The notes: generated by a model from the sequence alone, not told the origin. A stretch of 64,000 bases of DNA from Gemmatimonadota bacterium (GCA_039588275.1 JBDHAC010000001.1:1-64000); one strand, 5' to 3'. Positions 1 to 9,259 are shown, numbered from the stretch's first letter. Program-made: numbers and translations.

Positions 1-147
1 CCACGCCATGATCACGTGGAACAGGAAGCCGTACAGGAGGACGAAGCCCGCCAGGACGGCGACGTACCAGATGAACGGCCGGACCTGGTGGCGGAGCTTG
101 CTCTCCGCTGTCATGAGGGAGACCAGGTGGGAGCCGACCGTCTTCAT
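1..147 (-). CDS. 5' part of a TrkA/RCK-type potassium channel protein (runs off the window)
   Basis: Not in the ORF track. ATG at 147 gives MKTVGSHLVSLMTAESKLRHQVRPFIWYVAVLAGFVLLYGFLFHVIMAW, an N-terminal TM helix resembling TrkA-domain K+ channels. Confidence 0.6.
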   Translation of the reverse strand, partial: MKTVGSHLVSLMTAESKLRHQVRPFIWYVAVLAGFVLLYGFLFHVIMAW

Positions 148-321
148 GCGGACAAAACTAGATTGCGCGCACCCGGTCGGACCACTCCCGATCGTGAGAG
201 CGGGCCCGCGCTCCTTCGGGTAGGCAAGGCGAGCGAGGCCCGTTAGGTTGGCAGCCGTCTTGTCCCGGGGCTCGCGGCCCGATGCCGGCCCCGCATGCCA
301 CACTCACCCAGGAGAAGCCGT

Positions 322-1086
322 ATGAGATTGCCAACCCGACTCGCCGCGTTCGCCGGCGCCCTTCTCGTGCTCCCCTTCGCGGCGAGCGCGAGCGCGCAGG
401 AGGACGACACGGCGTTCGCCTACTCGAGCTACTACCAGTGCACGGGTGGGCTCAGCGACGCCCTCGCCACCCTGCGTGACGATTGGGGCCCGATCATCCA
501 GGGGCACATGGACGCCGGTCACGTCTCCGCGTGGGGCGTCCTCACGCACGACACGGGGAACCCGTGGACCATGGCCATCTACCACGTCGGCCCGGAGATC
601 GGCCCGCTGAAGACGGCCCTCGACACGGCGCTCGGCGAGTACTTCGAGCAGCACCCGGAGGACGGGGCTGCCTTCGGTCAGACGTGCTGGAGCCACGAGG
701 ACTACATCTGGACAGCGGGCCCGGGGAGCCAGCCGGCGGCGACAGTCGCTCAAGACCGAGCGAGCGCCGGCATGTCCGTCTACTGGGTGTGTGACGAGGG
801 GAAGGAGGCGGTCGCCGACCTGATCGTCGAGAACGTGTGGGCTCCTATCTATGACCAGCAGGTAGCGGACGGACAGATCAACTCATGGATGTGGCTGTCG
901 CATTTCGTTGGCGGCAAATACCGCCGGGCCCTGGTCACCGACGGCGCGAGCCACGCCGCGCTGCTCGAGGCGCGGAACCAGGCCCTCGAGGCGGCCGGCG
1001 AGAACGCGGCGTTGGCGGCGGCGTTCTCGGACGTGTGCAACGGGCACACCGATGTTCTGTGGAACATCGCGATCAGCGTGCCGTGA
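322..1086 (+). CDS. Secreted hypothetical protein with two internally repeated ~115-aa alpha/beta domains
   Basis: AGGAG RBS before ATG 322; Sec signal ending ASA-Q; two similar halves (Y-x-C...W...G-x-[VI]-x-x-W-x-x-L-x-H...F-x-x-x-C-x-x-H-x-D-x-x-W). Confidence 0.8.
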   Translation: MRLPTRLAAFAGALLVLPFAASASAQEDDTAFAYSSYYQCTGGLSDALATLRDDWGPIIQGHMDAGHVSAWGVLTHDTGNPWTMAIYHVGPEIGPLKTALDTALGEYFEQHPEDGAAFGQTCWSHEDYIWTAGPGSQPAATVAQDRASAGMSVYWVCDEGKEAVADLIVENVWAPIYDQQVADGQINSWMWLSHFVGGKYRRALVTDGASHAALLEARNQALEAAGENAALAAAFSDVCNGHTDVLWNIAISVP

Positions 1087-1101
1087 GCCTCTGATCTCCG
1101 T

Positions 1102-1155
1102 CACGTGGGTCCGCGCGGGCGCGTCGCGGGCGGGCTTTTGACGCGGACCCACGTG
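1102..1155. terminator. Inverted repeat between convergent genes (possible bidirectional terminator)
   Basis: Perfect 14-bp arms CACGTGGGTCCGCG (1102-1115) and CGCGGACCCACGTG (1142-1155), 26-nt loop. Confidence 0.5.
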
Positions 1156-1196
1156 GCGATCCGGGGCTGAGACTCGCACCCTAAGCCAGCCGCAGC

Positions 1197-1619
1197 CTAA
1201 GCCAGGTAGTCCCCGGTCGCGTCGAGCGGGGCCTGCAGCTGAAAACGTGGGATCGGCGCCCGGAAGACCGAGCCGTCCCCGCGCCGGAAGTGGTAGAACC
1301 CGTCCATGTGACCGGTCGGGGAGCGGAGCACGCAGAAGCTCTGGTACTCGTGCGCCTCCCCCGGTGCCAGCAGCGGTGTCTCGCCGACCACCCCCTCACC
1401 TTCCACCTCTTGGTCCCCGCCCACGGGATCGTGGATCCGCCAGTGACGCCAGAACAGCTGCACGGGCTCGCCACCAGTGTTCTCGATGCGGACGAAATAG
1501 GGAAACACGTACCGCAGCGTCCCGGGGTCGGACTCGGCGGCGAGATACACCGATTGCACGCTCACACGGATCGCGTCGGTCACGGTCTCGATTTGGAAGC
1601 TGCCGTCGTATTCCCTCAT
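1197..1619 (-). CDS. apaG: ApaG domain protein
   Basis: YVFPYFVRIEN, QLFWRHWRI, VEGEGVVGETP, YQSFCVL, GHMDGFY motifs. Confidence 0.92.
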   Translation of the reverse strand: MREYDGSFQIETVTDAIRVSVQSVYLAAESDPGTLRYVFPYFVRIENTGGEPVQLFWRHWRIHDPVGGDQEVEGEGVVGETPLLAPGEAHEYQSFCVLRSPTGHMDGFYHFRRGDGSVFRAPIPRFQLQAPLDATGDYLA

Positions 1620-1644
1620 ACGGCTCTAGACTCGCCGGGGGACC

Positions 1645-2721
1645 TCAGACTCGCACCCTGGAAAGGGCGAACTTCCCTTCCGCACGAAGCCGTTTGGCAT
1701 CCTTGGGCCGGTACTCCCAATGCCAGTGCTCGCGGTTCACTGTGCGGATGAACCCTTGCTTCGGGCCGTTCTTCTTGAGCCAGTCGTAGACGGGATGCCC
1801 GTCGAAGCCCCCCGTGTTGAGGTCGAAGGCCACACCGTTCTGGTGGTTGGAGCGGCCCGGTTTGGCCGCGAGATTACCCGCGCCCGCCTGGAACTTCTCG
1901 AAGAGCTTCTTCTGCTTCTCGAACGTCCGGAACCCGCTCGTGAGCGCGATCGTGATGTTGTTGCCGGCCGCAGCGTGCGTGAGCCTGAAGTACGGCAACA
2001 TGCTGTCGAGCGTGATTTGCTCCATCTGACCCCCGGTCCCCGCGATGTTCACCAGGATCTTGGCGCCGATGAAGTCACCGCTTTTCCAGCAAGCGTTCGG
2101 GCCGGTGATGTCGGACCAGACGTCGGTCGCGAAGACCGGCGAGCAACCCTCGGTCAAATTGGACGCCGCCGTCCACCCGATCGGCTCCACGGGGAGTATC
2201 GACGCGGCCTCGATCCGACCTCGACTCACGCGGACGAACCTGCCTTCCGGATCCGTCTGCCGGGAGCGCGCGGTCACCACGACATAGGTCCCGACCTCGA
2301 TCGTCCTGCCCAATGACCGAAACTCGGGCGGTGGCGTGCGGATGAGGGAGTTTCCGTCCGTCACCGTGAAGTTGTCCTCGTTGGGCGCCAGATCCCACTC
2401 GGCGGGGCCGTACGAGACGATCTCGTTCACGAACTGACCCTCCAGGTTGGTCGCCTTCGTCCAGCCTGACGGGCTCGGGGAGCCCGAGAGGGGTTGGGCG
2501 AGCACGTAGGTGTTCCGGCTCGAATCGATCCGGACGTCGTGCACCGTGATCGGCGTGTGCTGCGGAATGATCTTGTGGTCGCCGATTCTGCTCCCCTGGG
2601 GTACTTGGTCGCCTTCCTTGTACCTCGAGAACTGACCGAGGTTGTTCGGATTCCGGATCCGCGCGTCGTTGTCGAGGACGATGAAGGTCTGTCCTTCGTA
2701 GCTGGGGACATGGATGTGCAT
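1645..2721 (-). CDS. M15B (VanY-like) D,D-carboxypeptidase/endopeptidase with N-terminal repeated SH3b-like modules
   Basis: SGFRT..Q, SNHQNGVAFD (SxH-x6-D) and EHWHWEY zinc motifs; repeats GWTKATNL and GWTAASNL; GGAGG RBS before ATG 2721. Confidence 0.8.
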   Translation of the reverse strand: MHIHVPSYEGQTFIVLDNDARIRNPNNLGQFSRYKEGDQVPQGSRIGDHKIIPQHTPITVHDVRIDSSRNTYVLAQPLSGSPSPSGWTKATNLEGQFVNEIVSYGPAEWDLAPNEDNFTVTDGNSLIRTPPPEFRSLGRTIEVGTYVVVTARSRQTDPEGRFVRVSRGRIEAASILPVEPIGWTAASNLTEGCSPVFATDVWSDITGPNACWKSGDFIGAKILVNIAGTGGQMEQITLDSMLPYFRLTHAAAGNNITIALTSGFRTFEKQKKLFEKFQAGAGNLAAKPGRSNHQNGVAFDLNTGGFDGHPVYDWLKKNGPKQGFIRTVNREHWHWEYRPKDAKRLRAEGKFALSRVRV

Positions 2722-2766
2722 GAGAGCCTCCAACGGGTGCCAATGCTTGGTGGATCGCACGCGATG

Positions 2767-2868
2767 TCATCTTCCGCTTGCTGCTATACCGATGTTGCCG
2801 AGGCTACACCCCGCGACGAGAAGCGGGAAAGACGGAAGAACCGGAAGGACGGTGTGACGGCAGCGCAT
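2767..2868 (-). CDS. 33-aa small ORF with lipoprotein signal (or remnant leader), in frame with the M15 gene
   Basis: AAAGGAGG RBS; MRCRHTVLPVLPSFPLLVAGCSLGNIGIAASGR*; lipobox LVAG-C. Confidence 0.4.
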   Translation of the reverse strand: MRCRHTVLPVLPSFPLLVAGCSLGNIGIAASGR

Positions 2869-3165
2869 GTTCCCTCCTTTGGGCTCGCTCCAAAACGAAG
2901 GGCGCGGGTCCGGCAGACGTTGTCTGAAACCGAAGTACCTCTCTGCATTAGAGGTCGGGCTCTCTGTGGAGGTCCCATCCCAGAGCCTAGATGCCGCGAG
3001 CGAGCGAAACCTTGCACGGGGGTTTGGGGGACATACTTAGCGCGTCGACTATCGAGTAGTCACCGGGAAGCGTTGCGGAAGCTCCCGATCCGGCTGAACG
3101 AGGTGGAGTAGGGCCTCCGGCCGAGACGAGGCGGACCTCGCGCGGTGCCGAACCTGGGCAACTAC

Positions 3166-3177
3166 TTGACACGTCAA
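3166..3177. promoter_or_regulatory. Putative MarR operator
   Basis: TTGAC-AC-GTCAA inverted repeat just upstream of the MarR gene; related TGACTAGTCA at 3704-3713 upstream of DoxX. Confidence 0.55.
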
Positions 3178-3190
3178 CTATCGACCAGTT

Positions 3191-3682
3191 ATGTTGCCGA
3201 CCATGAGTGAACGAGCCAGCGCCCTGCAAGACGAGATCAGGATGCGACGTCCGTTCTCCTCGGTCGGCCAGGAGGCCACGCTCGGGGTGATGCGGACGGC
3301 GGACGTCGTGCGGCGCTACCTCGGAGCGATCCTGGCTTCGTACTGCATCACGCTGCCTCAGTACAACGTGTTGAGGATCCTGCGCGGGGCGGGTCCGACC
3401 GGGCTCTCGGTCACCGACGTTCAGGAACGCCTCATCGAGTGCTCGCCGGGCGTCACGCGGATGATGGACAGGCTCGAGAGCAGAGGCTGGGTGCGAAGGG
3501 AACGGCAGACGGACGACCGCCGGGTGGTCTTGTGTTTCCTGACCGAGAGCGGCCACGAGCTAACGGATGAGCTGCGCGCGCCCATCGACGAGGCGGATAC
3601 CGCGGTCATGGCCGGCCTGAATGAGCGCGAGCAGCGGCAGCTCATCGAGCTCATGGATCGCGTTCGTGCTCACCACGCGTGA
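3191..3682 (+). CDS. MarR family transcriptional regulator (start may be 3203)
   Basis: ITLPQYNVLRILRG, VTRMMDRLESRGWVRR, DDRRVVLCFLT wHTH signature. Confidence 0.93.
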   Translation: MLPTMSERASALQDEIRMRRPFSSVGQEATLGVMRTADVVRRYLGAILASYCITLPQYNVLRILRGAGPTGLSVTDVQERLIECSPGVTRMMDRLESRGWVRRERQTDDRRVVLCFLTESGHELTDELRAPIDEADTAVMAGLNEREQRQLIELMDRVRAHHA

Positions 3683-3793
3683 GCTTTTTGTTGGGAACAT
3701 ATCTGACTAGTCAATGGTTAACGTGCTATGTATATACGGAGCCGAAACAGAGCTGCAACTCGGGATGAACCGACGAATATGGAGGCCACAACG

Positions 3794-4243
3794 ATGGTTA
3801 AACGACTGATCGATACCGATAGAGACTGGGTATCAGTGCTGCTTCGTGTCACGCTCGCCCTGGTGATCTTCCCGCATGGAGCGCAGAAGCTGCTGGGCTG
3901 GTTCGGAGGGGCGGGCTTCGGTCCTACGCTCGATTACTTCGCGGAAGCGCTGGGCATCCCGCCTGCCCTGACCGTCCTGGTCATCGGGCTCGAGTTCTTC
4001 GGGCCGATCGCCCTGATCCTCGGACTCGGGAGCCGGGTCGCCGCGCTGGGCATCGCCGCGGTCATGCTCGGTGCCGTGTTCACGGTGCACCTGTCGAACG
4101 GCTTCTTCATGAACTGGGCGGGCGCACAGGCAGGGGAGGGATTTGAATACCACCTGCTGGCGCTCGCGATCGCCGCCGTGGTAGCCCTGAAGGGCTCCGG
4201 CGGGTTGTCACTCGATCGGCGGCTCGCCGCGCGAAGGGCCTAA
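3794..4243 (+). CDS. DoxX family membrane protein
   Basis: LLRVTLALVIFPHGAQKLLGWFGG, GFFMNW, GEGFEYHLL; GGAGG RBS before ATG 3794. Confidence 0.93.
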   Translation: MVKRLIDTDRDWVSVLLRVTLALVIFPHGAQKLLGWFGGAGFGPTLDYFAEALGIPPALTVLVIGLEFFGPIALILGLGSRVAALGIAAVMLGAVFTVHLSNGFFMNWAGAQAGEGFEYHLLALAIAAVVALKGSGGLSLDRRLAARRA

Positions 4244-4263
4244 CAGCTCGTGCTTGCCCGCGA

Positions 4264-6678
4264 TCAGTGAGGCCCGGGCGAGCCGGGCGACGCGGCGGTT
4301 CCGCGCACGATCTCGACTCGCAACTCGGTCCAGCCGCCGGCCTGATAGTACTCGATCCGCAGGTCGTGCCGGCCGCGCCCGATCGGCGCGAAGTCGACCT
4401 CGGAGCCGTGCGGTGACCAGTTGTCGATGACCCGCTCCCCGTCGACCCACACCCGGATCCCGTCGTCGCTGATCGTGCGCAGCGTATACTCGCCGGGCCC
4501 CAGGGTGACCTTCCCCGTGGCCACCAGCGCCCAGTTCTCGTCCGGCAGCGGCTCGACGCGCGGCCGGTACCACTGGTAGTCCAACCGGGATAGTCGGGCG
4601 ATGTGGATCGGCTCGGTCGCGGCCACGGCCTCGATATCTGGAGGGCCGGCCTCCGCCGTAACGCCTTCGTGAGGGCCGCCCTCCGGATCCGCCGGCGTCC
4701 ACGCGAAGAAGCGGGCGTCCCACTCGATCGCCGGCTCGAAGCGCCCATAGGAGAAGCGGAAGGGCTCGTAGGTCGCGCGCCGCACGCCGCGGGGCGAGAG
4801 TGTCTCGCCACCTCGGAACTCGAGCGTGAGCTCCCAGTCGCCGAATGAGCCATGCTCGGGCGTGAGCAGGAGAGTGTCGCGGGTGGAACCCGAGGTTTGC
4901 GAGAGCGCCCCGATCCCGGTGCGATCGACCACCTGCCACACGCCCGGCGGCCCCACCACGGCAAGCCGCAGCGGCACGGCACGGGCGCTGTCCACGGGCC
5001 ATAGCTTCGGGGACCGCCAGTCGTACGGGCCCCACTCGTCGACGATGATGGCGGCTCGGTCGCGGCGCGCCAGCGAAGTCGAGGGCAGCTCCGTTCCGCC
5101 CTCGACCTGTGGGGCGAGCGCGGCGTACTCCGCCGGAAGCGGCGGGACCGCGGCGCAGTCGGGCCAGCGCGCCTCGGCGGGTACTCCTGCGGTCTCCGGC
5201 GCTCGGGGCGCTTCCGGCGCGTCCCCCCCTCGCGTCCCGGCCGCGTCTAGCGCGTCGAGGATCTCGTTGCTCTCCGCCCACTCGAGCGACGAGCCGTCAT
5301 CGATTACCCGGGTCGAATCGACGCCGACGAGCCGGTTTCCGGCCACCTCGAGCCCGGACGTTCGGACGCCCCGCACGCCGACCCGATTGTCGAGAAACAC
5401 GTTTCCTTCGACCCGCGTGTCACGGCTGCGCGTGTCACGGTGCTGCGGGTATCCCCAGTCGGCCGGCTCGGAGGGCCGGGCCCATACGCTGACCGCGGTC
5501 GTGTCGCCCGCGAACAGGTTCGATGCGATCAAGTTCTCTTGCCCGTGCTCGATCGCGATTCCGATCCGGTTCCCGAAGAAGCAGTTGCCGACGAACGCCG
5601 ACTCGTAGCTGTAGCCGCCCCACACCCCGTAGTCGCTCCCCTCGGCGCGGTTCCCGACGAAGGTATTGCGGCTGAACGTGGCCTCCATCGAGTTGGCCGG
5701 GGCGAAGCTGAAGTCGTTCCCGAAGAACAGGTTGTCGTTTACCCCACCCTCGCCCGTCTCCATCGTGCTGCGGCCCGCCCACACGAAGACGCCGTCGCCG
5801 CCGTGGGTGGCCGAGTTGTAGGCCACGACGTTCCCGCTGCACTGCTCGTACATCAGGATGCCGGCGGAGTCCTGCCCGCGGTGGTAGAAGCCGTGGCTGT
5901 AGCCGCGCACGTTGAAGTCGAGCCGGTTCCGGACGATGAGGTTGTCGTCGGAGCGGTACATCCCGATCCCGAGCCCGGAGTTGAACGAGAAGTCGTTGTC
6001 GCGGACCGTCAGGCTGTCGGTCCGGTTCATGAGCAGCCCGTTCATGCCCTGCCGCACCGTCGTGCCGGCGATCTCGCCCCCCGTCACGCCGTCCAGGAAG
6101 ATCCCGGCGCCGAAGCGGAGCCACTCGTCGTCCTCGTTGTCGTGGAACGAGAGCCAGTCGACGAGGCTCTCGTGCTCTACCAGGCTGTAGAGCCTCGGCT
6201 TCCAGTTGTAGCTCAGGTCGCTGTCGGACAGGTGGAAGCCCCGCGTTCCGCGCGCGAGGATGCCGATGTGGTAGCCCCGCACGTTCGCGTTGACGATCCG
6301 GACGTCGCTTCCGCCGTCGATCCGGACACCGACGCCGCGCGCCAGGTCGGGGTCCGCCAGCGGGTCCATGCCAACCAGCGTGGCCCCCCCGAAATCCACC
6401 GTGATCCCGCTTCCCCGCACCACGATGACTGCGGAATCGAGCGACTCCGGGGCCGGCAGGCGGTATGTCCGCGGTGCGATGCGGACGGAGCGGTCGATGA
6501 CCATGCCCGCGCGGAGCGGGGCCACGGGGAGAGTGTCGGCCCGGAGCGCGGCTGTCTGGAGCGCATCCGTCGGGAGCTGATTCTGGGCCATCGCGCCGCC
6601 CGGGAACGCGGCCGTTTGGGCCACGCAGGCGCCCCCGATCGCGAGCCCAACGACCCGACGGATGCCCCGCCTAGCCAC
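4264..6678 (-). CDS. Secreted right-handed parallel beta-helix (NosD/pectin-lyase-like) protein with C-terminal PA14 domain
   Basis: Repeated N-x-F-x-x-N/G-I strands; C-terminal YTLRTISDDGIRVWVDG..VIDNW..H, LRIEYYQ; GGAGG RBS before GTG 6678. Confidence 0.85.
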   Translation of the reverse strand: MARRGIRRVVGLAIGGACVAQTAAFPGGAMAQNQLPTDALQTAALRADTLPVAPLRAGMVIDRSVRIAPRTYRLPAPESLDSAVIVVRGSGITVDFGGATLVGMDPLADPDLARGVGVRIDGGSDVRIVNANVRGYHIGILARGTRGFHLSDSDLSYNWKPRLYSLVEHESLVDWLSFHDNEDDEWLRFGAGIFLDGVTGGEIAGTTVRQGMNGLLMNRTDSLTVRDNDFSFNSGLGIGMYRSDDNLIVRNRLDFNVRGYSHGFYHRGQDSAGILMYEQCSGNVVAYNSATHGGDGVFVWAGRSTMETGEGGVNDNLFFGNDFSFAPANSMEATFSRNTFVGNRAEGSDYGVWGGYSYESAFVGNCFFGNRIGIAIEHGQENLIASNLFAGDTTAVSVWARPSEPADWGYPQHRDTRSRDTRVEGNVFLDNRVGVRGVRTSGLEVAGNRLVGVDSTRVIDDGSSLEWAESNEILDALDAAGTRGGDAPEAPRAPETAGVPAEARWPDCAAVPPLPAEYAALAPQVEGGTELPSTSLARRDRAAIIVDEWGPYDWRSPKLWPVDSARAVPLRLAVVGPPGVWQVVDRTGIGALSQTSGSTRDTLLLTPEHGSFGDWELTLEFRGGETLSPRGVRRATYEPFRFSYGRFEPAIEWDARFFAWTPADPEGGPHEGVTAEAGPPDIEAVAATEPIHIARLSRLDYQWYRPRVEPLPDENWALVATGKVTLGPGEYTLRTISDDGIRVWVDGERVIDNWSPHGSEVDFAPIGRGRHDLRIEYYQAGGWTELRVEIVRGTAASPGSPGPH

Positions 6679-6808
6679 CCAGGAGCCTCCAGCGCTGGAT
6701 CGGCGCATCCATGGCGGTGTCCCCGATCTTCCCCAGTGCCAGGAGCAGGGTGCCAGCGAGAAGCTCGGTGGCGTGATCGAACATCGGTTGGAGGAATCCG
6801 AAGTCCAT
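6671..6808 (-). CDS. 45-aa small hydrophobic protein
   Basis: AGGAGG RBS before ATG 6808; MDFGFLQPMFDHATELLAGTLLLALGKIGDTAMDAPIQRWRLLGG*; stop overlaps the next gene start. Confidence 0.5.
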   Translation of the reverse strand: MDFGFLQPMFDHATELLAGTLLLALGKIGDTAMDAPIQRWRLLGG

Positions 6809-6900
6809 GGTACCTCCTGCACGGCTTACCAGCGTTCATCGCCAAGGCAGCCTAGGGATCGAGCTTGCCCAGATCCAGTGCGCTTCTATGTTCGTCGCCC

Positions 6901-8052
6901 ATGAGTCTTCGATCGCTCGCCTCGCCCGAGGGCCAGGGCGCCACCTTCGTCGAGCTGTTCTTCGACCTCGTCTTCGTGTTTGCGGTCACCCAGGTGACGC
7001 ACTACGCGGCCGAGCACCTCGACCCCGACGGGATTCTGCGCTCCATCCTCGTGTTCTGGCTCGTCTGGTGGGCGTGGACGCAGTTCACATGGGCCCTGAA
7101 CGCGGCCGACACGGACCACCACCAGGTCCGGCTCGGGACGCTGGTGTCGACGGGTGTGGCGTTCGTCATGGCGGCCTCGGTCGAGCAGGCATTCGGCTCG
7201 AGGGGGGAAGCGCTGTGGTTCGCGATACCCTACGTATCGGTCCGTCTGCTGGGCCTGGGTCTCTATTACAGGGTCGCCGGCACCCCGGAGCAGCGTTCGG
7301 CCGTCCTGTTCTTCGCCTTCGCGTCGCTCACCGGGCTCGCGGCGGTGGTCGCCGGCGCGCTGGCGCCTCCCCCGCTGCGCGCGTGGCTGTGGCTAGGGGC
7401 GATCATCCTGGACCTGGGCGCGGCGGGCCTCGCGGGCCGCCGGATGGGCTGGAACCTCCACGCCGAGCACTTCGCCGAGCGTCACGGCCTGATCGTGATC
7501 ATCGCGCTCGGCGAGTCGCTGATCATAGCCGGAGCTGCCGTCGCGGCGGACGAGCGCACGGGTGGTTTCGTCGCGGTAGGGGCCACGGCCGTCGCCGCCA
7601 CCTGTCTCCTGTGGTGGACCTACTACGGTTGGGTCAAGGACGCGCTGGAGGAGCGGCTCGTGTGCGCTCCCGAAGCCGTGCAGGTGAAGATGGCCCGGGA
7701 CGCGTACAGTCTGTGGCACTTCCCGCTCGTGTGCGGGATCATCGCGTACGCCGTGGGAGTCGAGGGGATTCTCGCGCACCCCGAGGAGCAGGTATCGTCG
7801 GCCGTAGCCATCGCGCTCGGGAGCGGCGTGCTCCTGTTCGTGCTATCGACGGCGGGCGCCCTGTGGCGCGCCGCTGGGAAGCTGCTCGTGCGACGGGTGT
7901 TGATAGTCGGGGTGACGGTTGCGGGCGTATTGGCGCTGGCCCTGACGGCCAACACCTACCCCGTGTGGTTACTCGCCGTGGTGTGCGCCGGGCTGGCAGT
8001 CATCGTCGCCATCGAGCACTTCCTGTGTGTGCGCGGTGGGCATCTGGGGTGA
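6901..8052 (+). CDS. ltrA: Low temperature requirement protein A family membrane protein
   Basis: ELFFDLVFVFAVTQ, WWAW, HFAERHGLIVIIALGES, LLWWTYY. Confidence 0.92.
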   Translation: MSLRSLASPEGQGATFVELFFDLVFVFAVTQVTHYAAEHLDPDGILRSILVFWLVWWAWTQFTWALNAADTDHHQVRLGTLVSTGVAFVMAASVEQAFGSRGEALWFAIPYVSVRLLGLGLYYRVAGTPEQRSAVLFFAFASLTGLAAVVAGALAPPPLRAWLWLGAIILDLGAAGLAGRRMGWNLHAEHFAERHGLIVIIALGESLIIAGAAVAADERTGGFVAVGATAVAATCLLWWTYYGWVKDALEERLVCAPEAVQVKMARDAYSLWHFPLVCGIIAYAVGVEGILAHPEEQVSSAVAIALGSGVLLFVLSTAGALWRAAGKLLVRRVLIVGVTVAGVLALALTANTYPVWLLAVVCAGLAVIVAIEHFLCVRGGHLG

Positions 8053-8143
8053 GGCGGTCCGCTCAACACCGCCGCCTCGTTGGGCGAGCGCGCTTATCAG
8101 CCTGACACCCTGCCCGCGGAGCCCGTCCTGAGGGGCACCCGAC

Positions 8144-9259
8144 TCAGAACCACACCTTCACCGGGCAATGGTCGGAGATGTTCGACCGCCAGTTGTCCAT
8201 CACCTCCTGGTAGCGCGCGAACCTGAACCCCACGCGCTGATCCGGAGTCGCATTCGCCGGCGCGGGTGTGACGGGGTCCGCCTCGAAGTGGACCAGGGTA
8301 GCCTGCCGGGGCAGAACGAGATTGGAGGCATTGAGCTCTCTGTAGGCCAATCCCTGGCGCTCGATATGTGGAACCCGGTCCGGGTCGGCCGCTACCGCGT
8401 CGTCCACGCGATCTCTGAGTGCTCTGGACGCTAGCACGTGGTCGATCTGCGACACGCGGCCTCGACTTCTCCAGTAGTACGTCCACACATCGGCCGCGGG
8501 CCGATGACGAGCCAGCACATCGGTAAGACGCGGCGTGTCGAACAGAGGCGCCACCCAGGGACTCTCGGGCGTGTCGTTGAAATCACCGACCACCGCATAC
8601 AGCGCCGTCGTCTGCCGTCCTTCGAAGCGCTGGCCGATATACCGTGCGACGGCCTGGGCCTGTGCAAGCCTCCGCTCATGGCTTCTGCGGATCCGGGCGT
8701 GGAATTCCGCCTCCGTGTCGCCCGCCTGGCGCCGAACGAACTTCGACTTCAGGTGGTTTACGAATAGCGTGAGGACGGCTCCGTCGGGCAGCTCCACCTG
8801 CACCTCGGCACAGTCTCGGCTGAAGATGCGCTGGCCCGCATCGTTCAGGTCGTCGATATGGGTGCGGATCTGCCGAAGCGGGAAGCGTGAGAGGATACCC
8901 ACGTCAATGTTGCGCGGATCGTACGAGTCGATCAACAGCGAGTACGGATAGAAACCGCCCAGATACCGATCGCTGAGGATCCTAATGGCATGGATGTTCT
9001 CGACCTCCTGGAAACACAGGATGTCCGGAAGCTGATTGTCAGGCTCCCTGAGCGCTCGAGCGGCGAGCTCGCGTCTCGTCACGTCCCACACGATCCAGCG
9101 GTTCGTGTACGCACCGAAGGCCAGCCCTGGGACGTATCCCACGAGCCCGATCTCCCCCGCTTCGACGAGGGATGCCTGCGATTGGCCGCCCGGATAGTTG
9201 TTCGTGAATCGGTATCGAAGGAAGAAGTTGTTCGCATTGAACGTCGCGAGCGATGGCAT
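8144..9259 (-). CDS. Endonuclease/exonuclease/phosphatase (EEP) family protein
   Basis: LATFNANN, FQEVEN, NHLKSK, GDFND, IDHVL, SDHCPV. Confidence 0.92.
   Translation of the reverse strand: MPSLATFNANNFFLRYRFTNNYPGGQSQASLVEAGEIGLVGYVPGLAFGAYTNRWIVWDVTRRELAARALREPDNQLPDILCFQEVENIHAIRILSDRYLGGFYPYSLLIDSYDPRNIDVGILSRFPLRQIRTHIDDLNDAGQRIFSRDCAEVQVELPDGAVLTLFVNHLKSKFVRRQAGDTEAEFHARIRRSHERRLAQAQAVARYIGQRFEGRQTTALYAVVGDFNDTPESPWVAPLFDTPRLTDVLARHRPAADVWTYYWRSRGRVSQIDHVLASRALRDRVDDAVAADPDRVPHIERQGLAYRELNASNLVLPRQATLVHFEADPVTPAPANATPDQRVGFRFARYQEVMDNWRSNISDHCPVKVWF

Noticed and set aside
2767..2769. Selenocysteine UGA
   Set aside because: Not in a redox or Cys-equivalent motif, and no convincing SECIS hairpin follows
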